Origin: Felis catus
Taxonomy: Eukaryota
Direction of reading: 5' to 3'
DNA length: 64,000 nt
Assembly: GCF_018350175.1 (NCBI RefSeq)
Contig: NC_058368.1
Location: 193,194,001-193,258,000 of the forward strand
Shown here: one piece after another, positions 40,999 to 55,100 of the stretch
Layout of the letters: each line of letters opens with the position of its first letter
Numbering within the stretch: position 1 is the first letter of the stretch
Program-made: the position numbers and the translations under genes
Notes under the pieces: generated by a model
What the model saw: only the letters and a program-made list of their open reading frames with translations
Database searches by the model: none
Told to the model about the DNA's origin: nothing

Positions 40999-43212
40999 TT
41001 ATCTGGAATGCTAACCTTGGCTTCCCATGAACTCACAAAACAGCTGTGTGGCTCTGGACAAGTCTGATCTCATCTCTGGACCTCCTGTTCTCTCTTTGTA
41101 ATGAGGTGTGTTAGACTGGGTGGTCACTAAGATCCTTTCTAGTTTTTATATTCTGTGATTTCTAAAGATAGAAGTATTCCATGGTAGTATTAATGGTAAT
41201 AAATGTAGCAACATGATCAAGTGGAAAAGCTCTAGAAAGGGGTTTGGGAAACTTGGGATTTTAGTTCTGGTTCTGACATCAACTAGTTGTATGACCTTGT
41301 GCATATCTCCTTACCTCTCTAAACCTTTAAAATCTCCATGTTTGTAAAATGTGATAATCTATGCACCTGCAGACTTTTGTTAGCAAGAATGGTGCTACTG
41401 CGTGCAAAATGATTTGAAATGTTACAAAAAAAAAAAGTATGTTACTGCTGAGTTAAAATTTAAAACTACCTCTGATTTGATTTAGGAAAAATTCTTTCCT
41501 GCCTCTAGTAGTATGTGTTATGGGAATATAGGACTTGTTTGAATAATAGTAAAAATGTAATTGGAAAGAAGCATGTGCTAAAGAAAATGAGAATGCGTTC
41601 CAAAGATCATTATCTGAAGGTCAGCTGCTTCCCAACAGCACATATAACCTGACTTCTAGACTGACACATCAGTTCATTGCTATTAAGCTTGTGATTTCCA
41701 AAATATTAGACTTCTAGATATGAAAAGGACTCCAGTGATCCCCTAAGGGTCAGATGAGTGAGGTAGAATGTTCAAGACCACAACCTGGAATTAGAACCAC
41801 ATATTATTAGATAAGAAGAAGGGTTCTGTTCTGAGATCCTTTGGAGAAAGAAGCTTCATGACATGAAATCCAAACCTGTCTCTCTTCTTGTCACTTTTAA
41901 TTTCCTATTAAGAGATACTCATAGAATTTTTGAGGTGGGGGTTCATTTCTTGGGAATCATATATAGGAGAATTGTCTATGAGTTGAGAGGTGTCTGAGAC
42001 CAATTGTACCAATCCTTCAATTCTGTTCTCACCTCCTTCTTGAAGCCATCCTAGACTGTACCATCAAGTGTTTGCCCCCTTCAGCCTAGTACTCCTACAT
42101 TACACATGCTTTTGTAATGGTTCTGCTTCAGGTATGTGGGTTTTCTCTTCTTTAAGAGAGCTGTCTGGAGGAGGGCAGGGTTCATTTTTCCCCCAGTCTA
42201 TAGCTGTCTCCCATAGTGCCCAGCATGTAGTTAGATGCTGAATAGATATCCTTAAATTTGTCTAAAAAAAACCCACAAAATCCAACCACCTAGAGCCCTT
42301 CTCAACAAGTTTATGAATTTTCTTCTCTGCATATTTCCATGATCCTAGTGATCAGAGAAGTCAGTCACTCTCTGGTGGCCAGATAGACATAAACAGCAGT
42401 TTGACCTAATTTTTATTCTTTGTACTATACTATGCTGAAAGTATTATTACTAGCAATTCTGACAGTGTTTTTTTAAGAGTTCTTTCTTTTTAAAATCCCT
42501 GATTCAGACAGATTTGCCCTAAAGGATGCTCTACCCACACTGGTTCTGCCTCCTCCTCAAGCCTCCGGACTTGATTTATTTATATTCTGCCTTGATTGTC
42601 CTCCACTCAAGAGGAAATGTGCCCTGGATTGCATTCTTCTAAGTGAAGGCCAAATAAAAACTACTGTGATGCTCTATGGGTGAAATGTGAAAAGAAAACC
42701 CAAGGAATTAATGGTTACTTATTCTCACTTATGCTTATTTGTGTATATGGGAATGAGGAAACATTCTATGGATTAACTTGGGATGTTTATCTTTTATGAT
42801 TTTTCTCTACCACATCCCTTTAATTAAAAAATAAAGTTTAAATTTCACACAGATAATCCTGGGCTTTGTTTCTAAAAAAGTCTCACATATTCCCATAATA
42901 TTCTATTGAAGTTGGTGATACTTGATGAATTTATCTTAAAGGAGAAGATTGGTGGCATAGTAAGTATTGGTGCCTACCAAAGTCTGAGATAACTTAGCTA
43001 GGCATGTAGCTAAAACCCTCCATGTTCACACCACTCAGAAATGGTTTTCTTGGAAGTTAAGGGCTTCTCCAAGGTCAATAACTCCATAATCCTATTGACA
43101 GTGAGTGCTACCTGCTTACCGGCTTCTTTTCTAAGACACTTATGGGATCTCAGGAGAACAGATGAATGGAGTCAAAACTTTGGAGTGGAAAGCAATACTA
43201 CAAATGACTAGA

Positions 43213-43398
43213 TCATTAGTTCTCAAATTTGACTGCACAATGGAGTTATCTGGGGAGTTTTGGGGGGAAAAGCACTGATGCCTCAGATATACCCTCAAAG
43301 ATGTTGACTTACTAGGTGTGATGCATGGCCTGGACATCTGGGCTTTTAAAAACTCCTCAGGTGATTCTAATGTGCAAGCAAGGTTGAAATACACACAT
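43213..43398. mobile_element. MER5-family DNA transposon
   Basis: agttctcaaa start and caggtgattctaatgtgca end. A similar decayed copy lies at ~35585-35775. Confidence 0.7.
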
Positions 43399-43401
43399 CT
43401 T

Positions 43402-43625
43402 GGGGCGCCTGGGTGGCGCAGTCGGTTAAGCGTCCGACTTCAGCCAGGTCACGATCTCGCGGTCCGGGAGTTCGAGCCCCGCGTCAGGCTCTGGGCTGAT
43501 GGCTCAGAGCCTGGAGCCTGTTTCCGATTCTGTGTCTCCCTCTCTCTCTGCCCCTCCCCCGTTCATGCTCTGTCTCTCTCTGTCCCAAAAATAAATAAAC
43601 GTTGAAAAAAAATTAAAAAAAAAAA
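43402..43625 (+). mobile_element. Young SINEC_Fc-like SINE, antisense in the GRIA1 last intron
   Basis: CpG-intact body and long A tail. Perfect TSD gaaatacacacatct at 43386 and 43626. Confidence 0.95.
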
Positions 43626-46600
43626 GAAATACACACATCTAGTTTATATCCTTCACTTTATAGAGAAAGTGAGGACTTCGGACCAACTGACTTAAGGTTG
43701 TAGTTACCTGTCACCTAGTGTCAAAGTGGATGACCTTCTAATTGTACCCTCTGTAGCTAGGCTATCATAAGCTGATGTCCTTCTTCCCCTTGCCTCTAGG
43801 AAATGAAGTTCTCCCTCGTCCATCCTTGACATACCAGCCATTCTTAAAGTTCATCCTTACAGTTGTTTTTGAAGCTGATACCCAGGGAGAAAAGTGAGTT
43901 AAAAGTCCAACCTCCAGCACCCCCAGGTTAACTCTTGAGAGACTCATTTCTCTAACAGTGTTTACATCCAAACTCACCAGCTACTTGCTTTTCTAAGAAA
44001 AGTCTTCCCAGACTCTGCACATCCTAGAACATCCTAATAAAAGCTCAAACCTCAGTGATGACCTCCTACTAGCATGTGTGCTAAGAGCCGGAGTGACTGC
44101 CTGCTGTGGAGGACACACCCCTGTGTTACCAAGTCTCTCAGCTGCTTGATAATTCTAGGCAAACATGTAAAGCTTCAGCTGCTGTGGCTTAAATACAGTT
44201 CATGTCAGTATTGCCACATACAATTGTTTTCCACAGGGAGAAATATGGGCAATAATACAGACCCTGGTTGTCTTTAATGTCAGTGAAGGACTCAGTTTTG
44301 GTCTGTTTCTCCAGGCAGAGGAAAGGGGATCTGAGACTTCAATCTGGAGCGTGTCTTAGGTTATGTATCTTTGCAACTATATGACCACTTAAATCTTACT
44401 CAAATGGTGTGGTTGTCAGAAGTCCCTTTCTGAGTCCCCACCTCTCATGTGTTCTCTTCTTCCTGAAGTCTTCTTATGCTCTGGTGAGTGTGGACTTCTT
44501 CCTATTTCTGGGCATAAGTTCTAATCTTTGGGTGTCTCACACATGTGCATCCTTTGCAGGCAATGCCTTTCCCTTGTTTAATTCCTTCCATACTTCAAGT
44601 CTGCTAGATACCAGTTTCTCAGGGGAACCTCTCTGATCTGTCCCAGCCCTCATTCCCTCAACAGGACTTGACAGTCCAGCATTTTTCTTCAAACACTCAC
44701 TGAACATGTAAGTATCTATTTACTTTCTGTCTTCCCATCATACTTGTAGCTTCTTGAGAACAGAAGCTATGTCTGTTTTGTTCCTGAGTATGTCCCCAGT
44801 GCTGAGCAATGCCTCATACAGTGGTGCTCAGTATGTCTTTGTGGAAGGAATGCCTCCAGGATGATTTCCCACTATCCTGTGACACCTATTGTGTGTCTTG
44901 TTCCTATGACATATCAAAAAGGAAAGGGGTTCGACAACACACAAGCAACAGATTACTAATCATGGATGGCCTCAACAACTACCTCAGGAAAACCTAAGGA
45001 TAGGGCTGCATCTTATTTGTCTATGTACTGTGGCTGCCACTTGAGGACACACATGGTAGGTACTCAGAATGATCTTTTCCTGCATTGGGAAGTCTAATTC
45101 CTGTTTTTCCAGCTCCTAGCTTGTGTGACCTTACTAGGACAAACTACTTAAGCTTCTTTGAATCCCTATTTCTTCATCTGAAGAATTGTAAGCACAACAC
45201 ATTACAGGGTTAATGAAAATGTATATAAAGTACTTTGAACATGGAAGTTACTAAAAAGATGTCATCTTCCCTTCTTTTCTTCTTCTTCCCTTCTCTACCC
45301 CCTTCCTTTTCTTCTTATCTCTTCTTTGCACAGTGGGGAAAGGCTCTTTGACCATGGTTGAGAAATTGGGGGTTGGCTCTCAACTATGTTTAGGGGCTCA
45401 AGATCTTAAAAGTTGGCCAAACACAGTGATCAAGGAAAGGAACAGGAAGGAAGTTTCTCACCAATGGCCTGTGATACTGTTAACATGTCTGTAAAGAGCT
45501 AACTGCCTCTGGGGAAGGCTAATTACAGAATAATAAAGAAAACTATCAAGTTGTGAACTCATCTGAGAGGCAGGTTGATAGTGTTCTACTTTTCTCCTTT
45601 GGATAAGAGAGAAGTTGGTGGGGCTTCAGAACTGAAGGGCTGGGTTGATTAAGAAAGACAGTAAAAGTATCTTCTCTGCAGTTGGAAGATTAAAATATCT
45701 ATTAGGAACCTTGATGAGTTGGGCAGAAGTTGTGTCGAACAATGGAATTAATTATAAAATATTGTGGTGAAAGATCCTGATGAATGAGTCTAAGAGATCC
45801 TAATGTTGGCTTCTGAGAAATTTGACATCTTTGTAAAGGAAAGGGTGCAAATGTCCCCCAGCAAGTTATGGCATGACTCAGTGGCCTCTTCTAAGGATTC
45901 TTGTCTTAACCTGAATGTTGTGATTTCAGTGGTGAAAGCCAACTGTCTAGTTTTAAGAGGATCCCAGTCTTTAACCACCCTGGTACCGTTACCTGGCACT
46001 GACCATGATTATTGGGACATGGTAATCCCATGGGAAGGGTCAGAGGTCCAAGCAGTTCCTGCTTGATGGATGCCTGCTCTCATGTGATTTTATGAACACA
46101 AACAGATGGGGCCAGAACCACCTTGGACGATGATGTTTGTGCTTCCAGCCTGGGTGGTTTTGATGGTCGTATTTGTTTACCCAAATAGCAGCTCTCCCCC
46201 ATGCATCACTTCATCCTTCAAGAGTTTTTCTCTTCTGTGGACAATTCTACATAATTTTACTGATAATTATCCTATGTGTGTGGAATGTCCAAAGAGAAAT
46301 TAGACATACTTCTTACCTTAAAGAACTCACAATCTATATAGCTCAAAAAACCTAGGACGCGTAAGTAGGGGCAGTAAAAGGAAAGTCTTAAAAAGACTGT
46401 AGCTGATCACTAATGGGAAAAATAATTATTATTATATATAGTAGTTATCAGTGTGAGTATTGTTATTTATTGAGAGCTTATTATGACCCAGGAATTTTGA
46501 CAATCCCTTTATGTCCATTTATCACACAATGCTCACAATAATTTTATGAGATATGTCCTACCACTAGCCCCATTCTATAGAAAATGAGGATCAGAGAGCT

Positions 46601-48765
46601 ACTGGAGCTTGTCCCAGATGACACAGTTGGCAAATAGAGCAGGCAGAATCTATGCTCAGACAGTCTCTAGAGCCTGTGCTTTAGGCCACCACACTGCACT
46701 GTGCTCTCGGGGACCAGTGAGAAGGAGATCCTGCGATATGTAGCAGGCCAATCTTGAACCCTTGGTTTGGGTCATAGCTCACATGGAAGGTTTTGGGGTG
46801 TTATAAAGGTTGTAGTTCACCTAGCTTTTTTTCTGTTCTCCTCTGCCTCCAGAGTGGGCTTTCCTCACTTTGGAGAATTTTTGGGCTTATGTTTGGGTGG
46901 AATAGGCAAAGAAATCTTTGTTTAGGTTCTAGGAGACCTTATTGTGCTTGTCAAACTCTTTGGAGGTCTACCCTGGGTTTAAGGTCTGAGGCCCATGCTT
47001 TGGCTCTGCTTTGTCCTTTCTGAGAAGACCTGGTGTGGGTGAGCTGGTTAAGGGTAGGAAAGAGGTGTTCCTAGGTCCGCTGGCTAAATACCATCATACT
47101 ACCATCCCTTAATTGTTCCTTGTTATTGTATCTTGGTTACATTGCCTTTTAAATGGGTCCTATGGGCAGAAGATGGGGAGAGAGATTAGTCTGCATTAAG
47201 GCACATGGGTGGGAAGCACAAGGTGGGTGGCTAGAGTACGGAGTATGTAAGAGCAGATTGCTTGGGAGGGGAAAGTAGGCTGGAACCATGATGTGGAAAT
47301 GCTGAATGCCAGGACAGAAGGTCTGAATGCCAGGACAGAAGGCCCTCCTCCTCCAACTCCCACTCTCTGTGTACAGAACTGAATACAGAGTTTCCAAACA
47401 GGGGAAGCAAATGTCCAGCAATGTCTTCTCCAAGAGCGACCCTGGAGATATGTGTAGGGCTGTTGCCCCAAGGCTGAGAGTGGCTAGGCAAGAGGCTATG
47501 GTCGTGATTCAACAGTGGGTATATACTGAGGTTATATAGGCTTCTCAGGGCACATTCTAGGAGAGCAAATCCTACCAATGAATCTTCTTAGTCTGGTCAA
47601 ACCAATGTAACAGCCTAGGGTACATTGCTCAGTGACTGCATTTCCCTCCACTTTTGTTGGTCTGAGTCCCACTTGTCCTTCCTCTTAATTTTTGCCTCTT
47701 CCTGGAAGCCTTCTCTAATTTATGCCTCCTCTGTATTCCTATAGGCCTTCCTATCTATAAGTTGCTTCACTGAGTAATTTTGCTGTGCAATTTTTTGTTG
47801 TTGAAGGTCACAGATTGTATCTCCAATCTCTGTGTCTCATTATGATATCTTGCTCATGGTGTTGCCTACATAATTAACACTTGCATAAATATTTTCTTAT
47901 TGAAGCTAAATCATGAAATGTGAGGGGTCTTGAAGGTTATTTAATCCAAACTCCCTTTGAGTATTTGAACCTATATCCTCCCCCAGAGTTCCTTGGCCTC
48001 TACTTGTATACCTCCAGTGATGGGAGGCTTGCTACTTATTGGGATAGTCCATTTCCTTTCCCAGTAGCTCTGAAAGAACATTAGATCTCACTGTGTTAAC
48101 CTCTGTTCTCCATAGCTTTTAGTAATTAGTTCGTATTGTACACTTTGGGACCCCACAGAACTCGTCTATTTTTTTTCCCACCTGTAAAGTCTTCACGTTT
48201 TTATAGACAGCTCTCATATCCTCCACAATTCTCTTTTCCGGCTATTTGCCTTCAGCAAATAGGGTCATCTAGCTAACTTGCTGCTCTTCTGTGCATGATT
48301 CTCTTTGCCAAAGTCCATCTCACAGTAGAGTAACTAAGAAAAGACCTAACTCACCAAGCATGGCAAGATTATCTATCTTACAGAGGGTAGACACCCTCTC
48401 CTGTATTTTGAGAGCTACACTTCTGTTAATGAAAACTCAGAGAGAATCTACTTTTGCAGCAACTACTCTTGCCTCACATTGTGTTGACTGTCCACTTAAA
48501 CTCCTAACTTTTAATCTCACCACCCCATCTCTGGCTGGTACAGTTGTTTCCCAGGCCTTATGTTGACCCTGACACATCCCATCTCCCTTCCTTTCTCATA
48601 GCTGTCTCCTTTCCCATCACCTTTCCCATCGGAGCTTTCTGGGCCCCTGCCCAGAGCTAACTTCAACCTTGTTTCACTCTCCACCCTTTCTAGCACAGAC
48701 ACTCCCAGGAAACCCAGCTGTATCACAAAATAGGGTAGGAAAAAGGCCTGGGAAGACGATGCCAC

Positions 48766-48900
48766 CTTCATCCGCTTGGATTCGCTACGGGATTTGTAGC
48801 AGAACTCGATTAAGGCAACCAGCATGGCTAGTCCAAGTCCTCCAATCAGGATGTAGAACACGCCTGCCACATTGCTGAGGCTCAGAGCACTTGTCTTGTC
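48766..48900 (-). CDS. GRIA1: GRIA1 M4 transmembrane exon (135 nt)
   Basis: Encodes [45 protein letters not shown]. Strong pyrimidine tract with cctag| acceptor, donor AAG|gtggca. Confidence 0.97.
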
Positions 48901-49079
48901 CTAGGAAGGGGAGGAGGGAAGGGGGCAGGGGGAAGAGTAAAGTGAGCCAAAAGGCTAGAGACCATCCAAGCAACAGCATTTTTACACACATACACTCAAC
49001 CCCATCACCCTTTTTAACATTCAAAATAGTCGGAGAGGCTTTTTATTCATTGATAGAGTGCTAAATATTCCTAGGAAAA

Positions 49080-49081
<2 letters not shown>

Positions 49082-49123
<42 letters not shown>
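49082..49123. repeat. (GT)n microsatellite
   Basis: About 21 units, ~180 nt upstream of the M4 exon acceptor. Confidence 0.95.
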
Positions 49124-49125
<2 letters not shown>

Positions 49126-52100
49126 CAATATCCCAAAGCATCCCTGATTATATTTAATTTATAATTACGTTTCCCTCCCTCCACAATGCCTGTTCTGGGG
49201 CAAGAGGCACCACAAGAAATTCAGGCAGCTTCTACCAAAATCTGCATCCTTGAGCTTACCCTATTCTTTCAGAGAATGTGTGCCTCCCTTTCTAGTTCAG
49301 TTCCTGTCCCCCACCTCTCTGTTGTGCAAAGCATCGGCCTTGCTTATTGTTTATGTCTCTGAGTGTTTTTCTGAGTTGGCACTTAAAGTGAACTTTTCCC
49401 TAGATGTATGTTTAATTTCAATTTAATAAGAGAGTTATTGCACACATAATAAAGACCAATCAATGTGTACTTTTAACTTACTGATCTGAGTCTCAATCTA
49501 GGGAAAAAAGAAAACAGTTGGGGGGGGGGGGTCTTAGAATAGTAAAAAGGCACTTGGATAGAAAAATGGCTCTATTAAATCCTAGTAATTATGTTTAATT
49601 GGTGTCATTTTTCTGTTGGAGGTGCTTGCTAAAAGACATCGTAGGCAGACTCAGGTAGCTGAATTTAGAAATCTCTGGTGCCTACAGTAAAAGATCTTAC
49701 ACTGGTTCTGGATGAACAAAGTCATGGAACAGACTAATTCCCAGGGCTGGGGGATAAGTACCCATGTCCAGTAGTGGGTAGACAGAGCTCACTTTGTGGG
49801 GCCTGAGAAAGGCCATCAGTCTGGTGAGACTGTCCCTGAATTCTGTCACCTCCAGTCAGGTTCAAACTGTCGGACTGAGGAAACTGGGGACCAGTTTCCT
49901 TTGGAGACCAAAGGAAACTGGTGGTCAGGGTGAGAGTTATAGCTCAGAGAGAGGCTGAAAGTGCTCAGTCAAAATTTTGACACAGGCAAGTGAACGTCTT
50001 TAAATCTTCAAAGAATACTCATTCTTAGATGTCATGGTGGCTCTAACATCTTCGTTTATATTGTTTGCTCATGTACAACAAGTTTCTCATTGAATTAAAA
50101 TGAAATGCACACTTCAGCTGGCACAGGTACACACCATGGTTGGTTAGTTGGTAACAATGGATAGGATATAGCTTTTATGTCTCTGTATGTATTCTTTTTC
50201 AGGTGGGGATGGAGGCAAGCCAAACAAAAGGTGAACTGTCTTGCCCTAGGGACTCCTTGGACATCTGCCTATTAAGATCTGGACGTGTGGAAAGGAGTTT
50301 GCTATGGACTAAGTCAGTGGGCTCTGCCCTAGTTCCACTTGGTGCATTGTACAGGATTCAGCAGGGCTGAGCTTGGGGACTGCAGCTGGCAAATAGGAGC
50401 ATGCCTTCCCTCCCCAGAAGCAGCACTAGCTAGCAGAGCTGTAGGATTATCTAAAGCACACCCCTTTGGTGGCTTCCTGTATTGCTAAAGCAGATGGCTC
50501 TTGAATATGGGTTACACTTGGCAAGGCATATTCTGGCTGTGGAAGCAGTGGAAATGATTCTTCCAAGAGGTAGAATTTCTCCTGCTCTGGTATAATGGCC
50601 TGATAAGGGATATGCCCAAAATGCTTGGTTCAAGAGTTGGCTAGACAAGTAAATCCCCACTTGGTGTGGTTTTTCAGAACACTCAAAATGTCTCCCTGTT
50701 TGTCATTCAGGAGGTCTGTAATTCTGTTTCAGAGACCAGGATTTATGGTCAGTAGAAGTTCCTATAAAACTCATCTGTGTGGGGGGAAATTTTTTTTTTT
50801 TTAAAAACCAAACCAACTTTTCTGTATAGACGGGGCTAGGGGTAAGGTGGGGAGGCATGTTAATGTGTCATCAGTTCACACCTTAAAAAAGAGTGGTTGA
50901 CAGTGATGCTCAGAGGGAGTGGATGAGGAACAGGCCTGGGGGAAGGTGGTGCGCAGGAAGCTGGGAGGAAAGAAAGAAGTCCTGTTGGCTTCACATGCTA
51001 ATCAGCCTTTCAATAGCTGAAGTGCACCTTGCCTCCTTGGTCACCAACACTTTGTGTTTTCTTCCTCATGGTCTTTTCAAGTTCACCTTGGTTGACAATT
51101 GTCTTCAAGGATAAGGGAGTAGTGGGCATCTTTTTTTTTTTTTTTTTTTTTTGTCACTCTCTTCAAGAAACCCTAAGAGGGCATCTACCTCCTTGGCCAT
51201 AGAGGGTGGGGTGTCTATTTCTGGTATACCTGGGAAGGAAGAAGGATGAGATCTTCATATGAAAGTAGGGATAAAGGGCATATTGTATGTAATGGCAGAA
51301 GAAGAAACATTCAGTGGCTGAGCACTTGACTATGTCTGGAGGTGGAGAGCATCTTTCACTTCTGAAGGAGGTCTCTGGCCTACAGAGACCGCAATGTGTG
51401 TTGGAGGACACATCCCATACAAACAGAGAGGGTAGCCACATGGTATGGGGAGTTCCACCTCTTGCAGGACAGACAGTGCCACTCATCCCCTTCTTATGTC
51501 AACACAGGGGGTGAGGGAAAGACTTCTGGAATCAAGGGGGCACCCGGGACCTTTCCCTACCTGTATTAGGAAGCAAACTTAGATGTAGCACGACTGTCTA
51601 ATCTGGCATAATTTGATAGGGTGTGGAATGAAAGGCTGGTGTTGCTATTTTCTTAGCTCGCAAAGTTGGGGAGTTTACATTTAGGCAAGGTTTTATGATC
51701 TCCCTTATGTGTACCATTTGCTTTTTGATCACACCAACTTTAGTTCTTTCAAAGGAGGCCCGAGGCCGCGGTCTTCTGTTCAGTTGCCTTTAATGACTCT
51801 CTTTGACTCACTCTGGGAATATGATGGGATATCCAGGAGCAGGGTTAAAAATCCACTTTTAATCAGACCAGAGCTCTGATTCCTCCATACAAGAGGATGT
51901 GTTTCTTCATGGACTTATGTACGAACAGCTGTGTTCATGTTTCCTGGGAAAGCTACAAGCTTCCCAGATATGACCAGGGAGAGAGAAAAGCTAGAACCTG
52001 AGTCTTTTGAGCACCCTTCTGGGGGACTCCATTCTCCTCCCATCCCATAGCAGCTGTACTCCCAAAAGCCAGGCAGCTTGTTGGTGGGAGTGAAAAAGTC

Positions 52101-55100
52101 ACAACTTGTCTTCTGCCAGGAGGGAGGGAAGAGAGTGACAGCACTGAGAAGAATGACAGGTGAAAAGAAAACCCCAAAAAAATCCATCTTTCAGAATTGT
52201 TGGGCTTGTTGTCATGGTGATGAGCACCCCCCCTTCATCCATCCCCCTTAACCTGTTGTCTTGAATTGTCGCCTCCCTCATGTGGAAGGGAGAGGTTTTA
52301 ATTTTCACATTTTTTCTTGCTCTTCCCACATAATGGGGGACTGTCCCAGACTCCCTCTGTGTTTCTGAGCCAACATCCCATCCAAGAATATGGGGCTGGC
52401 TTAAGTCTTCATGAAGAGGTTTGAGCCAGGCCTGAGCAGGAGGGAATGAAGCTTTTTTTAAATGGCTTAAGTAGAAAGTTCCAAGGAGAAGCCAAAGCCT
52501 TTGGCCATAGGACCATTCCCTCCCATAGAGACTGGTGGTGCCCATCATCCAAGGCCTGCTAAGTCTGGACCAAGCCTTCAGGTTTCTCCAACTGCTTCTT
52601 ATCTTCCTGTTAAGAGTGTGAACTCCTACAAAGCAAAGCCTCCAGCTCCTGCTCTTCTTTCCATTCCATAGGAATGCCACACATTTTCTGATGTCTGTAC
52701 ATTTGGACTTTTAGGGGCTGCCTTCAATTGTTTCACATGCTGAATGTGTGACCTGACTTGCCTTTCAGGGTCTAGAGAGAAGTCCAACCCATTTCCTACC
52801 TATTAGCCTTCCTGCTATAATAGTCTTTCATTTGTGCTTTTCCAGAACTTGGATTTTTAGCCCATGAGCTATTTTCCCGAGTGGTTGATTATTTCCTAGG
52901 AATAGAGACTCAGTAGTTGGCTAGGCTCACTTACTAGCTAGGACCAAAGTGAGGAAGCTACGGGGAGGTGGATTTGATTCAACTAAGGAAGATCTTTTGA
53001 TTCAGTAGAGCTGTCCAAATGTGGAATGTTTTGCCATGGATGGTGGTGAGTACGCCAAACATAGATGCATTCAGGAAAAAACTGATGGGGTCATCTAAGG
53101 GATTCGAGCACTAGATAGTTAGATGAAGTGACCTTTGACACTCACCCCAACCCCAAGAGATTTGGGGCATCTGAGGAGTTCCTAGAGGGCCTGAGATCAT
53201 TGAGCCTCTTATAAATTCTCCCTAGAGACTAACTTCTTTAGGGGATGCAAAAAAGGAACTCACGTTAATTGGCAACTTCTGCTGTTTCCATTTCCAATCT
53301 AGGCCAGTTCCCCAGCCTGCATATTTTCCCCAAGAGCAACACAGGATGAGAATCAGCCCATTGTACTAATAATTGGCAAGGCAAATGCTGTGAAAGTAAG
53401 GGTTGTGGGGGCGGCTCTTGTCAGCAGTGTGTGCTCAGGGACTGGCTGCTGTACAATGCACCACAGAACATCCTGACTTGAAACAAAACTGCAGCAGAGA
53501 ACTCAAGGAGATGGTATGGGTCTTGGAGGGGAACCCAGCTAGCTGAAGCTGAGGCCTCTTCTATAGTGGGGGGAATTTTCCAAAACATAGGCATTAGTCT
53601 GGGATAAAGTGGGCATCCCTGTAGGAGGCCTTCACTGTGAGCAGAATATCTGTGTGGAATATGCATTGGAGAGCTGAGGTCTTGTGTGTCAAAAGAAAAT
53701 GGATCCTGCTGTCCCCCGAGGTGCTCCTGGCTTGTGGACCCAAAGCAAGAGTTTTAATGGAAGAATCTTTGTGTCTAGTCCCTTCTCCTAGGGCAGTGGT
53801 GGGAGACCTAGGATGTGTGGTTTAGGGGCACTGGGGAGGACCTAAAGTGTTTCCACATTCAATCTGTGACCTAGGTAATTGCTGTACGTTGACCATGTCA
53901 TCTTGGAACACACATAACTCCTAGGAGATTCACCCTGAAGTCACTGGTTCTCTCTAGGCCACTGTCTGCTCTGCCTTACAGAGGCTGGGAACCCTGACCC
54001 TGAACAGGATTCTAGCTGGAGCCAGAAGCCTCCAGGGTTTGTGGGGGATGAATGACTTCCACATCTCTTTGTCTCAAGGATATATCCCCCACCCGTGTCT
54101 TTCTTACAATGCCTCTTGGGGGTGTCTTTAATGCAGGAGCCTACAGAGTGTAGGTTGAGGAAGTGAGTGGAGCAGAGCATCACTGTATGATTCCCAGGTC
54201 TTTCCAGGTGGCCAGTGCTCTTTATGTGAGGGGGCATGGATAGGAGCTTGCACACAGTGCAAGGACAGAGCTGGCAGTTTGTATCTTTTGCCTTCTAGGC
54301 CTTGCTGAGGGTAAGCATGGGAAGGTGAGTACATCCAAAGTGGATGGATTTACCCTACTGGTGGTGGGGCAGTGTGGCATAGTGGGAAGAGGTGTGGCTG
54401 GCGGGCAAGGAACCTAAGCTGACTTCTTCCCCAGGTTTGTCACTGAGTCACTGGGCAATCGGGGAGTCACTAAGTGAGTGTTGTCCACCTCTGGTTGGTA
54501 TGGGAGATGGCATTAGACGATACACAGAACTAAGTGACACTGACCACAAAGTAAGGATATTATTCTCTTTGAATCTTTCTGGCTAAGCCAATAAGAAAGT
54601 CCCAGTTTGGTGCTGTTCAGCTTAATACTTCTCTATCATTTGCTCCTTTCCCTTTTCAAGACAGATCGGACTTCAGTTGCACCAGTAAGTGTAATAAAAT
54701 TTGTTGTTGTTGTCGTCATCATATTTATTTTTGTGATTGTCTTTTATTTTTTGCAAGAAATGCTGATTTTCTATTTATGATAGTACTGCTGCTACTTTTT
54801 ATATGAACCAAATTAAAATAGTAACAAAGGTAGTAGATTTAAAGAAACATACAAAGTTAATAATAACACAGGTGGTATGTGAATGCTTGAAGTTTTGGCA
54901 AGGCGGCATTAAATCCTCTCTAGGTTCTCTTCCAGCTCAAAGCCTGTGATTTGTGATAGAGGAAATGCCTTTGGACTGTGAGACTATTTTCCTTAAACCT
55001 ATCTCAAATTCACACTTGAACCTGGATGGAGAGCCCCACTTGGGGAGCAATGGTCTTTGAATCTGCAAGCCAAATGGCATCTTAGAAATTTAAATGTAAG

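Noticed and set aside
52099..52680. 193-aa ORF in a GRIA1 intron
   Set aside because: No recognisable domain or homology to GluA1. Consistent with chance.
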